DNA of 33,895 bases from Bacteroidota bacterium (GTDB lineage Bacteria; Bacteroidota; Bacteroidia; Bacteroidales; VadinHA17), in the NCBI GenBank assembly GCA_030613125.1, contig JAUWMO010000003.1:1-33895 (forward strand). The letters run 5' to 3'. The notes beneath the pieces are model-generated. The model saw nothing but the letters and a program-made list of their open reading frames with translations. It was not told the origin of the DNA and did no database searches. The translations under genes were made by a program, and so were the position numbers. The stretch's first letter is position 1, and every line of letters starts with the position of its first letter. Positions 1 to 8,216 of the stretch are shown in pieces.

Positions 1-164
1 CAGGGAACTACCGCGCCGGTGCCACACTCTGACGATTCAGAATTATAATAAGCCAGGTGTGGGTAAATGCCACTGATATTTACCGGTTTTTCCGGTTTTT
101 TATCGGGTGCCTGACATGAAATAAAAAAGATTAAAACTCCAGTGAATAAAAAATTGATTTTCAT
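1..164 (-). CDS. 5' part of an uncharacterised lipoprotein (runs off the left edge)
   Basis: Own translation from ATG at 164: MKINFLFTGVLIFFISCQAPDKKPEKPVNISGIYPHLAYYNSESSECGTGAVVP..., open to the edge. Signal peptide with lipobox-like FISC; TAnnTTTG box upstream at 206-213. Confidence 0.75.
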   Translation of the reverse strand, partial: MKINFLFTGVLIFFISCQAPDKKPEKPVNISGIYPHLAYYNSESSECGTGAVVP

Positions 165-205
165 TGTTTTATTATATCTGTAATTTTAACTCATTTTCTA
201 CACTT

Positions 206-213
206 CAAAAATA
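206..213 (-). promoter_or_regulatory. Bacteroidota-type -7 promoter box (TATTTTTG on - strand)
   Basis: caaaaata reverse-complements to TA-TT-TTTG, ~40 bp upstream of the ATG at 164. Confidence 0.4.
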
Positions 214-368
214 CAACGATTTGTCAGACAAGACTATACGGGAATAAAAAAATTCTTTGGCACTACGTTTTTTGAAAATCATATGATTCCAAATCGTGAG
301 TCATTATTATTATAAAGATAAGATTTTTAATATTGGAACTAACTGTAGAAGAAAAGTCAGACTAAATA

Positions 369-536
369 GTGCTCGCAAGAAAACTCCAATTGCTGCGTTA
401 CGCTCGCCCGAAAATTGGTCATCCGTCAGCCGACGGACTCTCAATTTTCAGACTTCGCATCCCTGATAGCTATCGGGATGCACTTGAAGTTTTCTTATCA
501 AGCACTTTTGCAAAATGCAAGTTTTCTTGCAGAGAC
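369..536. mobile_element. MITE (168 bp) with nested hairpins
   Basis: Imperfect terminal inverted repeats AGTGCTCGCAAGAAAACT (368-385) and AGTTTTCTTGCAGAGACT (520-537), 14/18 match. Flanking direct repeat TAAATA at 363-368 and 537-542, extendable to CTAAATAG. No ORF. Confidence 0.75.
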
Positions 537-573
537 TAAATAGAAAATAAGTAACGGTTATCAAAGTTTTATA

Positions 574-581
574 TAAATTTG
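574..581 (+). promoter_or_regulatory. Candidate -7 promoter box (TAAATTTG) for the 794-12070 operon
   Basis: Matches the TAnnTTTG consensus, ~210 bp upstream of ATG 794. Confidence 0.35.
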
Positions 582-793
582 TTGATAGAGAGACATTAAG
601 CACCTAATACCATGAAAATACTTTCAACAAATATCAGTACTTGAAACTTGTATTGAAATTAATACATAATGATTGTATATCAATAAACAATTTTGAACTT
701 AGTCACGCTGCAAGCGTGGCGATCTTCCCGATTTTCGGGAAACGAAGTGAGTAAATTCCTATACATTAAAATAATATATTAAAATCGTATGAA

Positions 794-2068
794 ATGAAAA
801 AACTAATTTTTATTTTGTTTGTGTTATCGAATGTTGCTTATGCACAGTATGAAGATTTTAAAATTGATGCTCTCCTTACTCCAAAGCATAAAGGAGTTGT
901 AATTACTGTCGGAGGGGAACAGGCTGATATTCATGGATTTTCAAATGAGTCCATTCAATTGGCTGTGAATGCTTTGCCAGTTGAAGGCGGTACGGTAAAA
1001 CTAAATGCAGGTATTTTCGAACTGAAAGATGCTGTACGTCTCCGGTCTAATGTAAAATTGATTGGATCAGGCCCTGCTACTATTTTGAAACGAGCTGAGG
1101 GTTTCAAATCAAGGCTGATTGATGATGCCGATATTGGGGAACTTAAGTTGATGGTGGAAGATGCTTCAGGTTTTGAGGCTGGTATGAGTGTACAGATATG
1201 GGATGAGCACTGGTCATCTTGTTGGAATGTGTCTGCCGGTGCTATTACTGACATCGCAGAAAATATACTTTATATTGATAGCTATCTGGTCAGGGATTAT
1301 CGTGCCGACAAGAATGGATGGGTTTCTAATGCCGGTTCAGGAGTCTTGATAAAAGATGCTGAAAATGTTTTTGTATCAGATTTTGTAATAGATGGAAATA
1401 AAGAACATCATGAGTCGGTGGATGGGTGCAATGGAGGTGGTGTTGCAATTTTCAAATCAAGAAATGTAACCATTGACAAAATTCATGTAAAAGATTTTAA
1501 CGGTGAGGGTATAACCTGGCAAATCACTGAAAATATTACCGTGCAAAATTGCGAGATCGAGGGTTCTGCCAATATGGGTATGCATCCCGGTACCGGATCT
1601 CCCAAATCAAGGATTCTGAATAATAACAGCCATCATAATTCCGTTGACGGCATGTTTATTTGCTGGCGCGTTCATCACAGCGTTGTAAAGGGCAATCAAT
1701 TTCACCATAATGGCAGGTATGGAATATGTACAGGCCATAAAGATACCGATGTTATTTTTGAGGATAATCATATTTTTGAAAATGGTAGCGATGGCGTAAA
1801 TCTCCGGAATGAAAATTCGCGAAATTCACCTCATCATAATACATTTACAAATAATTTAATCGAAAATAACGGCCAAAAAGGGGAGGGTTATGGCTTTGCT
1901 ATTTATAGTGCCCCGCAATACCTGGTAATAAAAGATAATACTATTCGTGATACGGGCAAAGGAACTCAAAAAGCCGGAGTTTTTCTTCGAAATGATGCCC
2001 CGGAAGTAACGATAGAAGGCAACAAAATAAGCGGTCATGTGAAGGGCAATGTGATTGAAGAAAAGTAA
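794..2068 (+). CDS. Secreted right-handed parallel beta-helix (pectin-lyase-like fold) protein
   Basis: Signal peptide (…NVAYA/Q). N-terminal IQLAVNALPVEGGTVKL…G…V.LIGSG cap typical of Pectate_lyase_3-like proteins; many Asn/Gly-rich PbH1 repeats (NNSHHNSVDG, GNQFHHNGRYG, NHIFENGSDG). Confidence 0.85.
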   Translation: MKKLIFILFVLSNVAYAQYEDFKIDALLTPKHKGVVITVGGEQADIHGFSNESIQLAVNALPVEGGTVKLNAGIFELKDAVRLRSNVKLIGSGPATILKRAEGFKSRLIDDADIGELKLMVEDASGFEAGMSVQIWDEHWSSCWNVSAGAITDIAENILYIDSYLVRDYRADKNGWVSNAGSGVLIKDAENVFVSDFVIDGNKEHHESVDGCNGGGVAIFKSRNVTIDKIHVKDFNGEGITWQITENITVQNCEIEGSANMGMHPGTGSPKSRILNNNSHHNSVDGMFICWRVHHSVVKGNQFHHNGRYGICTGHKDTDVIFEDNHIFENGSDGVNLRNENSRNSPHHNTFTNNLIENNGQKGEGYGFAIYSAPQYLVIKDNTIRDTGKGTQKAGVFLRNDAPEVTIEGNKISGHVKGNVIEEK

Positions 2069-2154
2069 ATAATCATTACTGCAACAACTTAAAAAATATT
2101 AAATTTGATTTCTCTGACTGTGAAACCTCCCAACGAAGAAAAACTTAAATTGTA

Positions 2155-4821
2155 ATGAGTAAAAGTAAAACAATCGCCTTATTTATCCTGCTTTTTACAT
2201 TGAGCAGCATCTTTGTATCAGCCCAAAAACCTGATAACTTCAAGTATGAGGGCGGAGATGTACAACCACTCAAAAATGTGGTTCGAAATGAAAATCAATT
2301 CAATGGTTATACCAATTACTGGCATGATACCTACAATAACTGGTACCGGTATGGGAACCTGTTTAAAATGGTAATTTATGATTTAGAGAAGACCATCATG
2401 CAAAGCAAGGTGGATATTGCTGAAGATATGGGGATACCCGGGCTGGTGATGCAGGAGGGGTTTATAAGTGGTTTATTGTCAGAGCAATATATTTCATTAG
2501 ACCAGCCATCTGTTGAAGAATTGGAAAGTGATCTCAAAAAGGGGAATGTTCTTGTTTTTGTTGATCCAGGCTCAGATGTTGGCGAAAAAGTCAGTGCAAA
2601 GTTGCCACAAAATATTTGGCCTGATAAACTGAAGAGTCATCAATATAATTCACCAGATCTTGTGATGGCAAATGCTTTTTATCTTGAACATGGTGATAAA
2701 AAATTATTTGTAGTTAGTTCAATAGAAAAAAATACACGTAATAAAATAAAAGGCCAAATCAACAACACAATAGAAATAATTAAAAAGTTTGATTTGTTTA
2801 AAGGCTGGTTTGGAGTTGAGACCTTGCTCAAAAGTGTAACATGTACAAAAGGACATCCATTAGAGGTTATCGGAGCAGGTATGAATGAAGGAAACAGTTG
2901 GTTTGTATTTAATGGCTACATGGATTTTCTGGCAAAAAACGAACTTGACAGGTGGATGAAGCAAGTGAAACTTCCTGTTATAACCGATGTAGGATTCTGG
3001 CCTATTTTCGGATGCAGGGATTATGACGGATTGCAGGTAGAGAGCATGTTCACCACGGAATCGTGGATTGATTATGCCCTGGAAAAGGGAGGATATGTAT
3101 TTCGTCAGGTTTGGGATACTGCAGCCGACCCGTATAATTATGATGGTTATTTAGCCTCTGAAGGAAACAAGGAGCAAATTGACAATGAGAATGTTCCATT
3201 TATTTTAAGAACAGGAAAGTTGGATGAAGATGCACTATCAAGTATGGTACTTTTTATAGAGAAAGGCCGGACTTTAACCCGGGAATCTATGTGGGAGGCC
3301 ATCCTTGACCGGCGTGAGGTTGGAGTTTTGGAACAGGGAAAAATGATGGGACCGGCATTGTACCGGAATGCCGTGCAAATGATGTTACTTGACAGAACAT
3401 TTCTTGAAGAATATTTTGGAGACCGCATCAACCTGGAGGCCATTGTTGAAGGCTATGAATTGCAGGTGACAATTACAAATACCTCAGCAAGTTCTGTGTC
3501 AGGAACTTTGGAAATTTCACTTCCCTCTGATTTGAAAGTAAAAGGTAATTCATCGGTTTCTATAAACCTCCCATCAGGAAGTTCAAAAACCCAGCATTTC
3601 ACTTTGCAGCCTGGAGCAGAGGCCATGGACTATACAAATCCTGTCGCAGTACATTACAAATGGAATGGAAAAAAGAAAAGTACACTGACTATTCTGGATT
3701 TACCGCCGGCCATTTCAGTACAACGCCTTTTATATGCTCATGCCCCTCAGGTAAGTTATCCGGTAACGATCCATAACTTCACCGGTAAATCTTCTTTCCC
3801 TGTAAAAGTTCAGGTAGTGGATGCTGATAATGAAAAGAAGGTAATTTATAAAACAAGTCAACCCTGTCAGACCGGAACAGGTACTTTTAAGGATATGTTG
3901 TTTGAGTTGGATGTGCCTGCCGGGAATTATAAAGTTAAGGTGTCTACCCTGGGAATTGATTATATCTCACAACTGGGTGTCGGCAAAGCAGAAGGAGCGC
4001 CTTACGCCTATGAGCTTGATTTAAACAACGATGGTGTCATGGAGTACCGTATGGAAAACGACAGTGTACAGATCACGCTTCTGGCGACTGGTGCAAGAGT
4101 AATTGAATATATTGTTAAGAGCCGTAACGATAATGTCCTTTTCAAACACTGGCCTGAGAAAGCCATTGATGATAAGCGCCCTTTCCGAAAAAGAGGCTAT
4201 TATCCATATGGAGGGTTTGAGGATTTTCTCGGGCAGGCCAGTATGGAAACTCACCAGGTTTATGAAGCTGAAATTGTTAAAAAGGATGGCGATTATGTCC
4301 GGGTCAGGATGTGGACATATTATTTTGGCAACAAGCTGGAAAAGACATTCACCCTTTATGGGAATTCGCCTTTACTTGAAGTCCGTTATGCCCTGACATT
4401 TAAAAATCCGGAAGCCAATGTATTGGGTCCCCAGCCGATCCTCGAACTGGGACGAAAACACTGGACTGAAGATGTTTTTATAATTCCGGAGTTGGATGGC
4501 TTACATGAATACCGCATGAAGCCTGAAAAATATTTTGGTCGGTTATTTTTCCCGAAGGAAGGTTGGAATGCAGGCTATGATACTAAGGAAGACATTACTT
4601 TTGTTGGGGCTTTTCCTGTTGATCAACCATTGTTTCTTCACATGTGGATGAACCATCCCGATAATAATGATGCCCATCATTATTATGCTGAGTTTCAGCC
4701 ATGGACACCCATATTTCAAAAAAGTACCATGTATTTTTCCTACTATATTTGGGGAGCTGGTGGACCATGGGAGAACGGAGTGAGAGCTTTAAGAGAGAGG
4801 AATTTGATTACCACGAGATAA
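2155..4821 (+). CDS. Large secreted hypothetical protein (888 aa), probable multi-domain carbohydrate-active protein
   Basis: Long ORF with signal peptide. NEW3-like Ig module (LQVTITNTSASSVSGTLEISLP). C-terminal region resembles a galactose-mutarotase-like beta-supersandwich (YRMENDSVQITLLATGARVIEY…YGGFEDF). Function not recognised. Confidence 0.75.
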   Translation: MSKSKTIALFILLFTLSSIFVSAQKPDNFKYEGGDVQPLKNVVRNENQFNGYTNYWHDTYNNWYRYGNLFKMVIYDLEKTIMQSKVDIAEDMGIPGLVMQEGFISGLLSEQYISLDQPSVEELESDLKKGNVLVFVDPGSDVGEKVSAKLPQNIWPDKLKSHQYNSPDLVMANAFYLEHGDKKLFVVSSIEKNTRNKIKGQINNTIEIIKKFDLFKGWFGVETLLKSVTCTKGHPLEVIGAGMNEGNSWFVFNGYMDFLAKNELDRWMKQVKLPVITDVGFWPIFGCRDYDGLQVESMFTTESWIDYALEKGGYVFRQVWDTAADPYNYDGYLASEGNKEQIDNENVPFILRTGKLDEDALSSMVLFIEKGRTLTRESMWEAILDRREVGVLEQGKMMGPALYRNAVQMMLLDRTFLEEYFGDRINLEAIVEGYELQVTITNTSASSVSGTLEISLPSDLKVKGNSSVSINLPSGSSKTQHFTLQPGAEAMDYTNPVAVHYKWNGKKKSTLTILDLPPAISVQRLLYAHAPQVSYPVTIHNFTGKSSFPVKVQVVDADNEKKVIYKTSQPCQTGTGTFKDMLFELDVPAGNYKVKVSTLGIDYISQLGVGKAEGAPYAYELDLNNDGVMEYRMENDSVQITLLATGARVIEYIVKSRNDNVLFKHWPEKAIDDKRPFRKRGYYPYGGFEDFLGQASMETHQVYEAEIVKKDGDYVRVRMWTYYFGNKLEKTFTLYGNSPLLEVRYALTFKNPEANVLGPQPILELGRKHWTEDVFIIPELDGLHEYRMKPEKYFGRLFFPKEGWNAGYDTKEDITFVGAFPVDQPLFLHMWMNHPDNNDAHHYYAEFQPWTPIFQKSTMYFSYYIWGAGGPWENGVRALRERNLITTR

Positions 4822-4859
4822 TACATTAAATCAGTTCACTAACTGAAAACAAAATACTT

Positions 4860-6680
4860 ATGAAAAAGCACCTCTTTTATTTCTTAAACATCTTTATCCT
4901 TTTATTTATTACTGCACTAGGTTTTGGCAAAGGAGATAAAAATAAGGAATTGATAATTCACAAACTCGAACTGGGTTACCCATGTCCTGCCATACCTTTT
5001 TATCATTTTATTGCCGAAATACATTTACCCCAGGCTTCAATAATTGAAGTTGAGACAGCAGTAAATAATAAAATGCTTCGCTTCACAGACTTGCATAGGG
5101 CTGATGATATCACCGATATGAGCAGACCGGCTTTAAGCCATCGCCCCCCATCAGGCTATGGATTATCACAGGACGGAACTTTATATAAAAATCCCCATAT
5201 AGTTGGTTGGGTTATGTGGGAACCAAGTGAAAAATATGAGATCCGCGTTAAGGTCCGAATAAAGAAAAATATTCACGGTTCAAAAGATGATGTATATTTG
5301 ACTGCTACCAGAACTCTAACTGCACCAACAGGAGTCCCGGTTTTTGACAAAGCCTGGAAGAACTATAAAGCTCTGGTAATTTCTGAAACGGCAGGATTGG
5401 ATCGTAAGGAAGAACCCGTTGAGGTTTTACTTCCCTTTTACCCCGATGAGGCACAACATCTCACTCGTGAAGTGCGGGTTGTATCTGTTGATCCGGAGAC
5501 CTATGCTTTAACAGAAGTACCCAGCCAGGTTTACGATATTAAAAGATTCCTGAAAGAAGATGATCTTGCTCCGGATGATAACGGAAATCCCACTCGTGAA
5601 ATCCCCCTTTGGATGCCTACGGTCACTGCACGTGTTGCATTTCTTGCTGATGTACCGGCAAAATCAAGCAAGGTATTTTTAGTTTATTACAATAATGAGG
5701 ATGCCATTGCCAAAATGTATAAAACCGATCTTCGGGTACAGGGAGAGGCTCCCGGACTCAAAATTGATAACAGTATCTATTCAATTGTATTGCATCCAAA
5801 TTCGGGCCATTTGGATCAAATTACACTGAAAAGTAAACCTCAAACACCATTGTTTCACAGAATGGAAACAAATGGAGCAATACACTGGAATCCGGGTGCT
5901 TATACACCGCCCCGCCCCTGGACCCATACTGCTGACTGGAAGCCTCCTAAACATATAAAATTCATGGCTGGTCCTATAATCTCAACTGCTGAAATGTGGG
6001 ATCACTTAAGGGAACTCCCGGAAGTAGATGCCTCTGTACGTTATGAGTTTTATCCGGGTTTACCTTATTTTGTCAGTACTACAACAATGAGAATAAACAA
6101 AAGGATTGATTGTATCGCACTTCGAAATGGGGAAATTGTATTTAAACGTGAGCAGATGACTCATGCTGCCTGGTATGATGTTATTAGTGATAGTGTCATT
6201 GTATATGATGTAACTAAAATGCCTGACCTTACCGATCTGTTCATGGAGGCTGATGTTCCCTGGATTACGTTTTACAATGAAGAAACCGGGATTGGGTTTT
6301 GTGGTATCCAGCTAAGCTATGCCAACGCAGGACTGGAATCAAAACCACGATTGCTTAATCCATATATGTACATTGTTGGAGGGCCATGGATCTATTGGGC
6401 GCGTGCATTGTCTTTAAGTTTTTTATCATCGAATATGCAACAGGTAATTCCTGCTTTAAAAGGTAATTTCTTTGCAGAGAAATGGGCCTACCTTACTTAC
6501 GAGATTGATAAGGGCGCAACACCATATAAACCAATCCTTGATTGGCAAAAACGCCTGACCAATCCTTTGCGGGTTCGCCTGGTTGAAGAGGTAGATGAAC
6601 GGGTATCCAGGACTGTTCACGAAATATATATTGATGAGGGCAAAAGTGGCTGGGAAGACCGGGAAACTGGCAGACACTAA
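4860..6680 (+). CDS. Secreted hypothetical protein (606 aa)
   Basis: Long ORF with hydrophobic N-terminus. Motifs ISETAGLDRKEEPVEV / EVPSQV / FLADVPAKSSKVFLVYY resemble beta-sandwich accessory modules of glycan-active proteins. No catalytic family recognised. Confidence 0.75.
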   Translation: MKKHLFYFLNIFILLFITALGFGKGDKNKELIIHKLELGYPCPAIPFYHFIAEIHLPQASIIEVETAVNNKMLRFTDLHRADDITDMSRPALSHRPPSGYGLSQDGTLYKNPHIVGWVMWEPSEKYEIRVKVRIKKNIHGSKDDVYLTATRTLTAPTGVPVFDKAWKNYKALVISETAGLDRKEEPVEVLLPFYPDEAQHLTREVRVVSVDPETYALTEVPSQVYDIKRFLKEDDLAPDDNGNPTREIPLWMPTVTARVAFLADVPAKSSKVFLVYYNNEDAIAKMYKTDLRVQGEAPGLKIDNSIYSIVLHPNSGHLDQITLKSKPQTPLFHRMETNGAIHWNPGAYTPPRPWTHTADWKPPKHIKFMAGPIISTAEMWDHLRELPEVDASVRYEFYPGLPYFVSTTTMRINKRIDCIALRNGEIVFKREQMTHAAWYDVISDSVIVYDVTKMPDLTDLFMEADVPWITFYNEETGIGFCGIQLSYANAGLESKPRLLNPYMYIVGGPWIYWARALSLSFLSSNMQQVIPALKGNFFAEKWAYLTYEIDKGATPYKPILDWQKRLTNPLRVRLVEEVDERVSRTVHEIYIDEGKSGWEDRETGRH

Positions 6681-6752
6681 TTTTTTTAAATTACTCTTTC
6701 CTTTCAGACTTTATAAATTGGAATTGCTATCCAACATAAATATATAATTAAA

Positions 6753-8090
6753 ATGAAAAAAAAATTTAATCGTAGGGATTTTATGAAAATCACTACTGCC
6801 GTGGCCGGAGGCTATGTGTTTTCCCATTTAGGAATGGCCCAATCATATCTGAATGAAGAAAAATCTCTCCGTATAGGTTTTGTAGGAGTTGGCGACCGCG
6901 GTTCTTATCATCTTGATGCGGCACTTGGCATTGAAGGAGTTGTCGTTCCGGCTGTTTGTGATATAAAAGATGCTCATCTGTACCGCGCAAAAAGATGGGT
7001 TGAAGATTCCGGGCAACCAACTCCAGCTTTATACGGGAAATCCGATACAGATTTCGTGAGAATGTGTGAGCAGGAAGATCTGGATGTTGTTATATGCTCA
7101 ACTTCATGGAAATGGCATGCGCCGGTATGTCTGGCTGCCATGAAAAACGGGAAACACGCGGTTAGTGAAGTTCCCATTATTCTTACTCTCGACGAAGCCT
7201 GGGAAGTTGTGGAAACTTCTGAGAAAACAGGCAAGTGGGCAACCCTGGCTCTTGAACAGGCATTGCTTGAATCGCATTATGCTATGGCTGTTTTGAATAT
7301 GATACAGCAGGGTGTATTTGGTAATATAATACATATTGTAGGCGGTTATGTGCATGATCTCAGGATGGTAAAGTTTAATCCTGAAGCGGAACCCTGGCGG
7401 TTGCAACATTCTGTTGACCGAAACGGAAACCTTTACCCTGATCACCCCATGAATAAGATCATTGCCATGATGGACATAAATCATGGTGACAGGTTGGATT
7501 ATCTTGTTTCTGTGAGTTCAGGCGCCGCCATGCTCAATGAATATGCTGAACAATATTATGGGAATGCTCATCCTTACGCCACGCAAAAAATGACCCAGGG
7601 TGATACCAATGTAAGCCTTATGCGTACAGTTAAAGGCAAACTCATTACATTGAATTTTGACACCAATACACCTCATCCAAGAGGCATTTTTAAAGTTCAG
7701 GGAACCAAAGGAGCTTTTATACAGGGCAGCGGACTAGGTTCCCATGTGTATATTGATGGTATAAGTCCTGAATCACATCAATGGGAAGACTCCGAAAAGT
7801 GGTTACAGGAATACCAGCACCCACTGGTAAAAAATTATAACCCTGCCCCAAGAAAAAATGCTATCCGGGGACATGGAAGCCAGGGAAAAGTAACGCCACT
7901 GACCTGGCACCTGCTTGTAAAAGCCCTTCGTGAGGATAAAATGCCATTTTTTAATGTTTATGATTCTGTAACAAGCAGCGCTGTTTCCCCATTATCCGAA
8001 ATGTCAGTGGCCAATAAAGGCCAGTCGGTATCTTTTCCTGATTTTACAAGAGGTGAATGGGAAAAGCAGCCACCTATAAGTTTCATTTAA
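6753..8090 (+). CDS. Tat-exported Gfo/Idh/MocA NAD-dependent oxidoreductase, GH109-like
   Basis: Twin-arginine leader NRRDF; Rossmann GFVGVGDRG; W.WHAP, SEVP, GGYVHDLR, RNGNLYPDH and FDTNTPHP motifs resembling GH109. Confidence 0.85.
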   Translation: MKKKFNRRDFMKITTAVAGGYVFSHLGMAQSYLNEEKSLRIGFVGVGDRGSYHLDAALGIEGVVVPAVCDIKDAHLYRAKRWVEDSGQPTPALYGKSDTDFVRMCEQEDLDVVICSTSWKWHAPVCLAAMKNGKHAVSEVPIILTLDEAWEVVETSEKTGKWATLALEQALLESHYAMAVLNMIQQGVFGNIIHIVGGYVHDLRMVKFNPEAEPWRLQHSVDRNGNLYPDHPMNKIIAMMDINHGDRLDYLVSVSSGAAMLNEYAEQYYGNAHPYATQKMTQGDTNVSLMRTVKGKLITLNFDTNTPHPRGIFKVQGTKGAFIQGSGLGSHVYIDGISPESHQWEDSEKWLQEYQHPLVKNYNPAPRKNAIRGHGSQGKVTPLTWHLLVKALREDKMPFFNVYDSVTSSAVSPLSEMSVANKGQSVSFPDFTRGEWEKQPPISFI

Positions 8091-8216
8091 AAAACTAACT
8101 AAACAACTATGCACTGAAGGTACATAGGTTTAAATATGAACACGAATGAAATTCGTTTAAAATTGCAATGAAATTGCATAGTTTCAACTAACAACTTAGA
8201 CCAATAAGCTATTCCT

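Noticed and set aside
612-644. Tiny ORF MKILSTNIST* upstream of the operon
   Set aside because: Too short; no evidence for a leader-peptide function.
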